A DNA stretch of 63,564 nucleotides, the filler included, from Stramenopiles sp. TOSAG23-3 (Eukaryota): NCBI GenBank assembly GCA_900128585.1. It is 10 parts of 10 records of this genome, joined end to end, with 100 filler letters (N's around TTAATTAATTAA, not from the genome) between each part and the next. Parts side by side here need not be neighbours in the genome. Positions count along the whole stretch, not along the records: positions 6,972 to 13,830 come from LT643242.1; positions 13,931 to 20,783 come from LT643243.1; 8 more parts are not named here. One strand, written 5' to 3'. The translations under genes and the position numbers were made by a program. Positions 8,670-18,700 of the stretch are shown one piece after another. How positions within the stretch are numbered: position 1 is the first letter of the stretch; every line of letters starts with the position of its first letter. The notes beneath the pieces are model-generated. The model was not told the origin of the DNA and did no database searches. It worked only from the letters and a program-made list of their open reading frames with translations.

Positions 8670-10784
8670 CTATAACATATTTGCTTTTCTGTTGCGATAA
8701 CTTAGTGCAAACTGCTTCGGCAAAAACTCCAAGAGTTTGTCTTTTAGCGAACTAGTTAATCTTGACAAAAGCCTTTTCTGATGAGAGCTAAACGCATGCG
8801 TGTGCACACAGTCAGAGAACAAACTAAAAATTCGATCAAGGACCATCGATCTTGATTTGAATTGATCCTGATGGCTCTGTTCATCGACTGACCATTCCAA
8901 CCATGTGCTTAACTCACCAATTTCTTCTAAAAATTGCATATAAATGTTCTTTTTTTTTAATTTGTTAACTGCCAAGGACGCTGTCATTACATGCAAATCT
9001 GACAGAAAGGCCATGACATTGGCAGTGGCAATGTGGTTTTGAAGAACCGCTGGGTGAGGCACCAGCGGGTTCTCGGTGGTGCATGCCTCTGCTGCAGCTG
9101 GGGAACCATTTGACTCTGGGGCTTCTTTGGCTCGTTTCCGTTTTTTTGATAAGGTTTGGACACCATGGTACGGAGAATTTGCGGTGCATACACGGCATTT
9201 AAATGTGTTTGGCTTATTCAAAACGGTGCAGAAAGCGCATGCCCATGAGCCATCCGAGTATAGCAAATTCATTATTGCGCGTTTCTTCAAGATCAAGTTT
9301 TTTGACTTTAACTCTTGGATACGTGAAGGGTTAGCGCAAAGGTTACACAACCATCTGCTATTTCTTCCGTGTCTTCCACCTGTCAATTGATGGCACGAGC
9401 TGCAAAATACTGTCTTGCATTGGTCGCATGACTTCATTTCAACCGCGGCACTCTTACGTTTACAAACTTCACATTCTGAAAATCGTGAGGGTTTCCTCGG
9501 AGTCATTTCCGTTATATTTAATCGGCTTTGAATGTAATTAAAGAACGCATAAATATTTTTCAGTGTCTTGTTTGGGAACTTGTTGGCGATAGTAGAAAAC
9601 TTTTTGCCGTAAACAGAAAATAAACGGAAAAATTTAGCATGGTCGGCAGACGTCCACATTTGGGGTATTAATTCGGACCCTTTTTGTTTCATTTCTGCTT
9701 CCGTTAGACCGTGAAGTAAGTGCAACGGTGCTGTCGCTTCGACCGATGGCGAAACTGTGGTACAACTCACATGCTTCCGGACGGTTCCATCTTGGAGCAC
9801 GACATCTACGGTGCACTGTTCTTGGTCAAACATTGTCACGATAGCAGGGAAGTGTTCTTTTTTTTCGTTTGGAAGAGTCACCTCTATTCGCTGTCCAATA
9901 TCAAACGTACGAGGGAAACTATCGACATCGAAGCTGGAATAAATTTGATCGCATCCCCATAGTAGCAGGGGGTCATCTTCGTACACTTTACGTGGGGTTC
10001 TTCGTCTTGATGTGTTACCTTCGAAACATTCTGGTATAACAGCTTGGTACATCGGCCCTTCGCGTATTCCTGGCTCATCGCTTTCTGAGTCGCTGCTGGA
10101 TTCACTGCTGCCGGAAGTACTTTCATCTGAGGAAGAAAGAATCGTTGAAGGTACCTCGTCACCTGGGGCACTAGTTTCCCGTTTCGACAGGCTTGCTTGC
10201 TTAAGAGGACAAGTCTTTTTGTGCATTCCACAGCCTTGTGTAGTTTGAAATGTCCGATTACAATATGGACAAACGGCTCCATTAGTTGCCATCATGTCCT
10301 TGCTACCATTACCCCGTTTTGTTCCAGCACCCCGAGAGAGGATGCTTGTGTTCATGAGCGGTCGAAAGATACGTTTCGCGGGGATATACTCTAAGCAACA
10401 ACTGTATACTACCCTTCCTTTCTTTGATTCGTGGGTAATATCACTGCCTTCTGGGTACACGAAAACCTTTTCGATTATGCTCCGAACATCATTTTCGTCC
10501 TCTTCCCGGGAATAAAATATTTCATTTCTTCCAAAATCTGACAATTTTGAATCCAAAAAATCCAAATGCGTGTCTCTCGGCCTGAACATCCATCGTACAC
10601 GCACCATGTGTTTGTCGTGACACCTGTAAAATTCTTGGATAGCACCGATGTAGGGGAAATCCTTTTCTTCGCCTTTTAAATGCACAAAATCGCGAAGGGA
10701 AAACATTTTCCCTCCAATATCCAACTGCCGGTAAAACGTCTTGCCGCTCTTTGCATCTTTTCTTATAGGCGAACCGACAAACAT
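8670..10784 (-). CDS. Chromatin protein: BAH + C2HC finger + ELM2-like + Tudor-like + SANT + PHD-like + RanBP2 finger + PAH-like C-terminus
   Basis: BAH DFVHL..PYIGAI..VRVRWMFRPRDT..NEIFYS. ELM2-like IREGPMYQAVIP. SANT WTSADHAKFFRLFSVYGKKFSTIA..KT. CEVC..CDQC..CSSC..WLCNLC. WACAFCTVLNKPNTFKCRVC. Confidence 0.87.
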   Translation of the reverse strand: MFVGSPIRKDAKSGKTFYRQLDIGGKMFSLRDFVHLKGEEKDFPYIGAIQEFYRCHDKHMVRVRWMFRPRDTHLDFLDSKLSDFGRNEIFYSREEDENDVRSIIEKVFVYPEGSDITHESKKGRVVYSCCLEYIPAKRIFRPLMNTSILSRGAGTKRGNGSKDMMATNGAVCPYCNRTFQTTQGCGMHKKTCPLKQASLSKRETSAPGDEVPSTILSSSDESTSGSSESSSDSESDEPGIREGPMYQAVIPECFEGNTSRRRTPRKVYEDDPLLLWGCDQIYSSFDVDSFPRTFDIGQRIEVTLPNEKKEHFPAIVTMFDQEQCTVDVVLQDGTVRKHVSCTTVSPSVEATAPLHLLHGLTEAEMKQKGSELIPQMWTSADHAKFFRLFSVYGKKFSTIANKFPNKTLKNIYAFFNYIQSRLNITEMTPRKPSRFSECEVCKRKSAAVEMKSCDQCKTVFCSSCHQLTGGRHGRNSRWLCNLCANPSRIQELKSKNLILKKRAIMNLLYSDGSWACAFCTVLNKPNTFKCRVCTANSPYHGVQTLSKKRKRAKEAPESNGSPAAAEACTTENPLVPHPAVLQNHIATANVMAFLSDLHVMTASLAVNKLKKKNIYMQFLEEIGELSTWLEWSVDEQSHQDQFKSRSMVLDRIFSLFSDCVHTHAFSSHQKRLLSRLTSSLKDKLLEFLPKQFALSYRNRKANML

Positions 10785-12222
10785 GGAAAGCGTTGCCGAA
10801 AGTTTGTCCGGTGCCGTATTGTTGTGTTGCAGTATAAAATGAGCAAGGATCAGGAAAACTTTTATTTTTGTAATGCGTCTTTAGCAATAAATGTGGGGGA
10901 ACGATCGTGTTTAGAGACTATTTATGAAATGAAGATGGTGAGAAAATGAGTTCGTGTGTAACATGTGGCGGGGTACCTCTTGGTTCTTTTGTGTAAAACG
11001 ACTAGTAGTATAATGAACAGATATTATAATAATAATAATAATAATAAAATAAATATTATAAATGTACATCATTATATAACTAATAACTATACTACTATTA
11101 TATATATCATATAATAATTTGGATGATTTATATTCGTTCCACACCACACAACCAATAATTAGAATAATCAAACTCCTCTGCTGTGTTCGATGAAGACGAA
11201 TTTTTTTAAAAAGAAGAAGAGTTTTTTAACATATTCTCAAAAAAACTGGTTGTTTCGTATACACGTAGTCTTCTTAGAGGTACGTAGGTCACTCACAGTT
11301 GGAAAAGTTGTTATAGTATACACTAATAGGTAATATATATATATAAGTACGGATTATTGATGATAGTTCGAACCAAATTTTAGTTGTCACTCAAGTAACT
11401 AACTATAATACCAACTTGGTATGAGGAAGAACTCGTCCGATCCTCGTAATTCAGGTGTGATGGTGTGATTGACGGCCAAATATTTTGTTGATAGCTTCGT
11501 GGCAAAAGAGGAAACAAGTACGAATTGACTGTATACTTTAAATAAACTATGGCCACAGTTGCTGGGACACCTCGGCGGCCAAATTCACCACTTTTAAAAC
11601 TTCACACACTCAGCACTCAGCCTTGCAGCTATGCTACGGTACCGTATTATTATATCCTGTTTCCTTCACAACCTGCAAATAGACTAATAAATCTGTAAAT
11701 ACATCTCATGTGAGAGGAGGAAGCTTTCTTTTTGCATTTCCTTTTTTTTTCTTCACAATTGCTTTATTTATTAAATACAAGGAGGCAAGGAGGGGGGGTA
11801 CACCACCATCAGGAATTTTGAAGTCAAAAAAAAAACGAAAGACATTTTTTTTTTAGCAAGAGGGAGGGAGGGGAAGAAATACAAATACCTGGTATTATAC
11901 TATTATTATATAGCTATACAGAGGAATACTGTAGTATTCAATAGTATATATATATAGTCGTCTAATAATGTAATAATACTCGAAAACCAGGTGGTACAGT
12001 GTACACTACTAACTACATACAGTCGTCAGGTAAATACGATTACTAATCATCGACATCAAAAGAGAAATAAAGCCCAATTCGCTCTGCTATCGAACTAACT
12101 GCTTGCATTTACCGCAGTTATATTGTTTAACACAAGTTCAGATCCACATTATTCGCTCGCAGCCGGGTCATTGTGTTGCGTCCACGCGCATTTTAATTGC
12201 CCTGTTGCTTCTTGTGCTACAG

Positions 12223-13338
12223 ATGTTGTTCTTCCAGAAAACCACCGTGTTTCAGCTATTGAGCTTGGCACTTGCTGTGGCTCTCTGCTCTGCCGATCCT
12301 GCTTTGGGGAGTCGCACTGTCTCACAAGGCAAGTCAGAAGTAGTGGTATCTGAGCAACTGCTCGAATTTCTGGGGCCTAGCCAGTTTGACTTGTCTGCTT
12401 GCCCAGTCGGTACAAAGCAAGTCTCGAACAAAGCAGGGAATAGAACTTGCCTAACTTGTAAAGCTGGCTTTTATTCAGCAACTTCGGGTTCCTCTAATTG
12501 TGTCAAATACAGGGACTGTCCGGCGGGTAAATATACTTCCTTGCAGGGTACCTTATCACGAGATCGTGTGTGCTTGACTTGTGCAGCTGGAACATATAGC
12601 CTTGTGAAAAACAGCGATCGGTGCCTGCCACTTATATGCCAGCCTGGTAACTTTTTTTCGGACACTAGCGCCCAATGCGAAAAGTGTCCGCAAGGACAAT
12701 ATTCGGCCACGCAGCACCCCAAAGGCTGCAAAAAATGGAGTGTTTGCGCAGCTGGAATGGTGGAGCACTTGCCTGGATCTTCCATATCGGACCGGGTGTG
12801 CACTTTAGAGGTACCCGTTCAGATGTTGTGCCCTGCCGGTTTTGTGTTTCGACCACCGTCTTGCGCCCCGTGCCCCAGTGGACATTACTCCACCAGCAAA
12901 TCACTCAGTTGTAGACAGTATACCGAATGCGAGCTAAATGAATACATTGCAGTACGAGGCACCAACTCCTCGGATCGTGTATGCCAACAGTGCAAAACAA
13001 ATGGGCACGTATCACCTGGCCACGACAGTTTTGGAGAGGCATCGTGTACTCTATCAAGCGTTTTGCGACTTAAACCCACCATTAAATTAGAGTATTTAGC
13101 AGTTTTATTGCTGTCTGCTCTTGTCTGGCGATGGACTACGGCATTGAATCGCCGCCCCCCTTATAAAAAGAGCAGGGCGCTCATCGCTTATGAAAAGGCA
13201 GCTGGGTTATCCGAGGGGGAGGTTCAAAAGGGCAAAAAGGGTGATCACGCTAGCAAAACAAAGAAAGTCCAAAAGGGCAAAAAACAACCTTCAGGAGAGC
13301 AAGATGATAGTGATGAGAGGCGTTTAATTTCATTGTAA
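12223..13338 (+). CDS. Type-I membrane protein with TNFR-like/GCC2_GCC3 cysteine-rich repeats
   Basis: Signal peptide MLFFQKTTVFQLLSLALAVALCSA. Three CxxxxxC..GT/SxxxDRVC units plus CxxCxxGxYS units. Hydrophobic segment YLAVLLLSALVW, then a Lys-rich tail. Confidence 0.82.
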   Translation: MLFFQKTTVFQLLSLALAVALCSADPALGSRTVSQGKSEVVVSEQLLEFLGPSQFDLSACPVGTKQVSNKAGNRTCLTCKAGFYSATSGSSNCVKYRDCPAGKYTSLQGTLSRDRVCLTCAAGTYSLVKNSDRCLPLICQPGNFFSDTSAQCEKCPQGQYSATQHPKGCKKWSVCAAGMVEHLPGSSISDRVCTLEVPVQMLCPAGFVFRPPSCAPCPSGHYSTSKSLSCRQYTECELNEYIAVRGTNSSDRVCQQCKTNGHVSPGHDSFGEASCTLSSVLRLKPTIKLEYLAVLLLSALVWRWTTALNRRPPYKKSRALIAYEKAAGLSEGEVQKGKKGDHASKTKKVQKGKKQPSGEQDDSDERRLISL

Positions 13339-13356
13339 TGCATTTTATTAATATTA

Positions 13357-13381
13357 TAAAAACAAGAAAATTGGCTGTTAT
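13357..13381 (+). promoter_or_regulatory. 25-bp 3'-flank motif, copy 2
   Basis: Exact match to 8479-8503, about 20 nt after the stop codon at 13338. Confidence 0.6.
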
Positions 13382-13751
13382 ATCATTTTTTTTCAAAGAG
13401 GAAAAAAGAACAAAATAAACATGAATGGTTTTTAATAACACCATACTATATAATTTGTTTTTTCTAATAACACCAAAAGTTAGTAAACTTGAGTGTTGGT
13501 ATAACACCATATATTGAAACATTTTACTTTAAACAAAAAAATCGCTGTTATTGTAAGTAATTAGATGACGACTACTAATGTTCTATGTTACTTACGAACT
13601 GGTCTCTACTTTTGTGATTTTAGTAAAATCAATATACACTACTCTTCTTGTCACTTAGCCTTGACTAATAATCCATTTTCATTTGGCGTGCCTCTCCATG
13701 CTCCGAAAAGTTTATATTTTTTTTTGATGTTCTACATACTGTACAGTGAAT

Positions 13752-13830
13752 TGCTTTTTTTATTGGTTTTCTTTCTTCTTTTTTTAAATTTATTATAGTT
13801 TTTTTACTTCTTTTCTAATTTCTTTCTACG
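13752..13830 (-). repeat. Right copy of 79-bp terminal inverted repeat of contig 2
   Basis: Reverse complement of 6972-7050, ending at the last base of the contig. Confidence 0.95.
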
Positions 13831-13949
13831 NNNNNNNNNNNNNNNNNNNNNNNNNNNNNNNNNNNNNNNNNNNNTTAATTAATTAANNNNNNNNNNNNNN
13901 NNNNNNNNNNNNNNNNNNNNNNNNNNNNNNTAATAAAAAAATAAAAAAA

Positions 13950-14125
13950 GAACTTTCTTCTTCTTCTTCTTGTTCTTCTTCTTCTTCTTCTTCTTCTTTT
14001 ATTAATTCTTCTTCTTCTTCTTCTTCTTCTTTTTCTTTCTTCTTCTTTCTTCTTCTTTCTTAATCTTCTTTTTTTTCTTCTTTTTATTTTTTCGAGGAGG
14101 AGGAGAAGAAGAAGAAGAAGAGGAG
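13950..14125. repeat. TTC/GAA low-complexity tract
   Basis: Imperfect (TTC)n. Similar tracts at about 52550-52670, 56965-57115 and 61100-61520. Confidence 0.9.
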
Positions 14126-14429
14126 GATCGTTTTTTTTTTATTCATTATATTATATGATGGTGGTGTGAGATGTATTAAATATTTATTTTTATACCATTA
14201 TTATTAGTAGATCGATGATGATGATGCGTGAGAAGAATGAAAAAAACGAAAAAAAAAGAAGGGAAATTCAAAAAGCAATCAATAGAAGAATAGAAAAAGT
14301 TCTCACCCGTTCCAATTTTAGGCAATAGCATGGCACATCCACTAATAACACCAGCGAAAACACCACTCTTGAGATATTGCCGTGGATTCATATTCTCTGC
14401 ATTGCTTAGTTACCAAAACGATCGCAAAG

Positions 14430-15611
14430 ATGGCATCTTTTGCCGGGCAAGGTGGCTCGGAAAAGCGGCTGAAGGCATCGAGCAACAACTGGGATCCGCT
14501 TTCTTCTGACCGGTTATTTCTCCCACTGCCACGTGCGGTTAACGTAGAAATTTTTAGTTATTTCTCTGTCAGCGATATGATTTGTTTGCATTCCGTGTCA
14601 AAATGTTCTGAAATCTATGCAAAAATGGACAGCTTTTGGAAAAGACAATGTGAAGTGCTCTTGGAAGGCAAGCAAAACGCAAGCTTCAGTAGGCTACAAA
14701 GAGACCAGGATATATCATCCAAGTCGTGGCACGACACGTTTAAAGACGCTTATTTGGACGGCAAGCGGGGGTCCATTACATCAGAAGAACTTACAGGTCA
14801 CATCTGGTGTTTCAGTACTTTAAACCAAGAACTCATGTTTAACGATGACCACAAACTGAATATGCCAGGGCACGACCAATACTCGTGGGGATTCACTTCT
14901 ACACAGAAACGTTTTTTTGACGAACGCCTTGTCATACCAGTAATGTTGACGGAAGAAAATGTCGCCGGGGAAGAAATCGAAGTGGACAACCAACTGGTGG
15001 AAAATTCGAACAGCAGCATATACCAGTGTAAAGCGAGTGGGGTAGTCCCAGCGGTGTTTAATGCTGGGGATCGACTCATGCTTCCCGTAAACGTTTGCGG
15101 GGACATCGAGTCCCTGGTGCGTGCACAGTCTGGAGATTTAGTATACATCAGCAACTTCCCTGCGCATAGATGCGTTCGACTTCCTAATTGGGGCTGGGTT
15201 ATTTACAATGATATCGGCGTATTTTTTTATACTGTCGAAAAAAGCAAAGTGCAATATAACGGGAGCCTGGCCGATTTAGTTGGCCGACGAAGGAGGCCAG
15301 TAATTTGTCCGGAAAACATGTATTTCGCGTTAGAATCTTTATGCGCTTTTCTAGAGTTAGCGCACAACACGGAAGTTCTGAATCGCCATCCAATTCTGAG
15401 GAACGCAGTACGCCAAATCTTGGGGAACAGGTACTACAAGAATTTGCGTTTCATCTTTCAGAAAATTGGTGCAGGCACGATGCCATTTGTTGAACTTGGT
15501 ATTGGCGAAACAAAGGTATTATGGGATATGGGTAAAACTGAATTAATCCGACATGCCGAATATATCAGGCGTACCGTTGAGCCGAAACTAAATCCCGCCA
15601 ACGCGTTTTAA
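14430..15611 (+). CDS. F-box protein
   Basis: LPLPRAVNVEIFSYFSVSDMICLHSVSK..DSFWKRQC (F-box), then SWHDTF..DGKRGSITSEEL..W and ISNFP..RLPNWGWVIYN motifs. First ATG at 14430. Confidence 0.8.
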   Translation: MASFAGQGGSEKRLKASSNNWDPLSSDRLFLPLPRAVNVEIFSYFSVSDMICLHSVSKCSEIYAKMDSFWKRQCEVLLEGKQNASFSRLQRDQDISSKSWHDTFKDAYLDGKRGSITSEELTGHIWCFSTLNQELMFNDDHKLNMPGHDQYSWGFTSTQKRFFDERLVIPVMLTEENVAGEEIEVDNQLVENSNSSIYQCKASGVVPAVFNAGDRLMLPVNVCGDIESLVRAQSGDLVYISNFPAHRCVRLPNWGWVIYNDIGVFFYTVEKSKVQYNGSLADLVGRRRRPVICPENMYFALESLCAFLELAHNTEVLNRHPILRNAVRQILGNRYYKNLRFIFQKIGAGTMPFVELGIGETKVLWDMGKTELIRHAEYIRRTVEPKLNPANAF

Positions 15612-15645
15612 GATTTAGGAACACGCACTTAAATGTTTAAAGGTT

Positions 15646-15760
15646 NNNNNNNNNNNNNNNNNNNNNNNNNNNNNNNNNNNNNNNNNNNNNNNNNNNNNNN
15701 NNNNNNNNNNNNNNNNNNNNNNNNNNNNNNNNNNNNNNNNNNNNNNNNNNNNNNNNNNNN
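15646..15760. other. Scaffold gap (115 N, no stop linker)
   Basis: Plain N run inside contig 3. Confidence 0.95.
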
Positions 15761-15795
15761 AAGATGTGTATCACCAGGAGTACATTAAACACGCT

Positions 15796-18700
15796 TCATC
15801 GCAGAGCAGGGGTGGATTGTGATTTTATAACAAGCGCTGGTGGCTGTCCCGGCATTCCTCCACTTGCCCTGCTATACCCCCTGCTATTGGAACCGTTTCT
15901 AGTTTCAAGTTTCGGCAAATTATCTCCTGATTCTCCATCTGAAGCACTTGGCGAAAGCTGGGTCGGAGATGAATTCAACGTTTGCCGTTCAATGTGGTGC
16001 ACAAGTCCGTGCACCTGATCCCTCAAGCGTTTAATTTCTAAACGTTGCATCTCTAATTCTTGATTGTTGTCTTCTAATTGCTCCAACATATGAGACACCC
16101 GAGTTTTGGCAGACGCAGTTTCCATCAACGGCCTCGTGCTTCCTCTAATGAGCTGACCCCTTGATGATATGGGCCTCGGCTTTGGGGCCGTGAAGGTCTG
16201 CCGAGATGGTATTCCAGAGCGCGATTTAATGGCTCTCGTAGGAAGCTGGGCAGTTGACGAGTTTCGAGCAGGCGACGGCTGGGCCATGGGCGAGTCCGGA
16301 GGTGCGACAGAGCCGCTAGACTCTGGTCCTAAACCAAAAGACATAGACCCGCCCGAGGCAGTGCTCCAAGCAGAATTCGTACGTGGATCGTAGACGGGGG
16401 GCGGCCCCTCCGGTTCAGGAAGCTTTCGCCAGTGTACGTTGTCCAGCGCGGATCCGTTGTCTACTTTGCCGAGGGCCATGTTCAGCTCGGACTTGAGCTC
16501 TTCTAGCTTTCGCTTCTGCAGCAAGTTTTCCCGACGCAGGCTGTTGCACTCCGAGATCAACAATGAGTTTTCTTCCATGGACATTTTTGATTTTCGCTGC
16601 ATTTTCTTACCAGCCAGCTTCAAAGTCTTTTTCAGGGTATGAACAGTTTTTTCCATGTAGTCCCGTTGTCTATTTGCCTCCATGACCGCGGCTTGTGCTT
16701 CTGCCGACGAGCCTCCCCCCCCACTTTTCTTGCCTGAAGATGCAGTGGCACTGTTGGCATCGCCCTCGCCATCTTTCTTTTCCGAAGGCTGGGAGGGTTT
16801 TGCTGTTCTCCTTCCTTTTCCCTTTTCCTTCTTCACAAACGTTCGGTACAAATCGTTCATAGAGCTTTCGTACTCTTTCGGATCCACGTAGTTAATGATC
16901 GTCGTTAATTGGTGAGTGAAGGCCATGATTTCGCGCTCACGGTCCCTCAGAGTGGATGTCAGTCCCTTAATATCATTTTGCAGCCCTGTCATTTTCATCT
17001 TACTGTCCCCCAAAGCCCGAGTCGTGAGCTTTTTGTCATGGAACTCGTTGACAAGCTCTTCGTACATGTCTCTAATATGCTTTTCCAACGCGTCGATGTG
17101 CTCGGCCACTGGCCCCTTTTCCTTCGAAAGCATTTGTATCCGATGGTTCAGAACGTACTTAAAGTTTTCCAGGGTGCTATGCTTGGATCTCAACCCAAGA
17201 ATTGTGCGTTCTTTTTGCTGCAAAGAGACCTCACGCTCATCAAGTTGGCGTTCCTGCAATTTCAACATATCTTGCAGGTCGTAGTATGCCTTCTTCAAAC
17301 TGGCGTACTCTTGCTCCCTTACTTTAGCAACTTCTTGAACTTCCTCCATTTTAGCCTGAAGCTTTTCGCACCTGTCCGTTTGTTGATGGAGCATTGCCGT
17401 CATTTTTGATACCATATCGTGGTACGCCTCTTCGTCTTTTTCGCGCTTCTTCTGAAGCTCCAGAATTTCTTGATCGTCGTCCTCCGTCTGCTGTGCTAAT
17501 ATTGTATTATATTCCAGCTCGTTCTTCTTCAACTCGTCGTTCAAAAGTTCAATTTGCTGCAGCCCTGCATTCACTTCTTTGACCCGCTGCTCTTCCAGTT
17601 TCTCCAGCCGCTCCATGTGAGAGTTTCTCAGCGCCTCGATCTCTTCCCTTACTTCTTGCTGCTGCAACTCCATCGCTTCGCTAACCTCGTCGTAGCGCGC
17701 AATTTCTACGGCAAGCCTGTGCTCGTACTCATTCTCTATTGCTTGCATACTAACGATGTGATTGGTTTCTCGCTTGTCGACTTCCTCCATATGCTCTCTA
17801 CTGTACGCTTCATGCCTTTGGTTCAAGGTTTCAAAGCGGTCCCTCTCCACCGCAATCGCTGCGTCCATTTCTTCCGTCTTTTGCTTCAGCTGGTCATGCC
17901 AGACCTTGCTCTGCATGGCCATTTCCAGCTCGTTCCTACTCTTCATTTCTTCGATTTCTTTTCGTAATCCAGCGATAATTTTATCCTTTATGTAAACCTT
18001 TTCGTTATCCACCAAGACCGCATTGTAATTGAAGTGCACAGGGTCCGCCCCTTGCGTCTTCGATCGCATGGAAGCCGCGCTCTCAATCGCTGTTGCAAAA
18101 ATGGTCCCATCGTCACCACAACTAAGGACGTAGAAATCGTCGTTGGTGACCACTAAATTATTTATTTGGCCATTGTGCACTTTTATCTCTTGGTAGTTAG
18201 TTGGGTCCGCGTGCTTTCCCAGGGGCCACGGGTACACACGGAGGCAACCAGTTGCGGTACCCGCTATGACGGCATTGTTTTGGTTGGTGATTACCACCTC
18301 CGTGATCAAATCTTCCCCGAGTATGTTGCACGTTGCGTATTCTGTTTCTCCCTGCTCGTTCCGCCTCACTTCGTAAAGCTTCTTGTCGTTCCCTGCGGCG
18401 CACACTATGGGGCGTTCGCGATCCGACGCGATCCCCGAAAAGGCGCACATCTGTATCGTTGTTTCGTCCACACGTTTTCCAGTTTCAACATTCCACCCGT
18501 AGACACTGCCATCTTCCCCGGTAGAGTAAATAAAGCTGTTGTCGTACCAGGACAGAGACCGGACCCGCCTAATGTGACCCATAAGCGTCTTTACCAGCTC
18601 AAAGGTGTACGTGTTGTAGATCTCAATCGATATGCCAAACGACGCCGCGAACAGGTGTCCCCCGGGGCTGAACCGCAGCGCTTTGCAGTTTTTCACGTTG

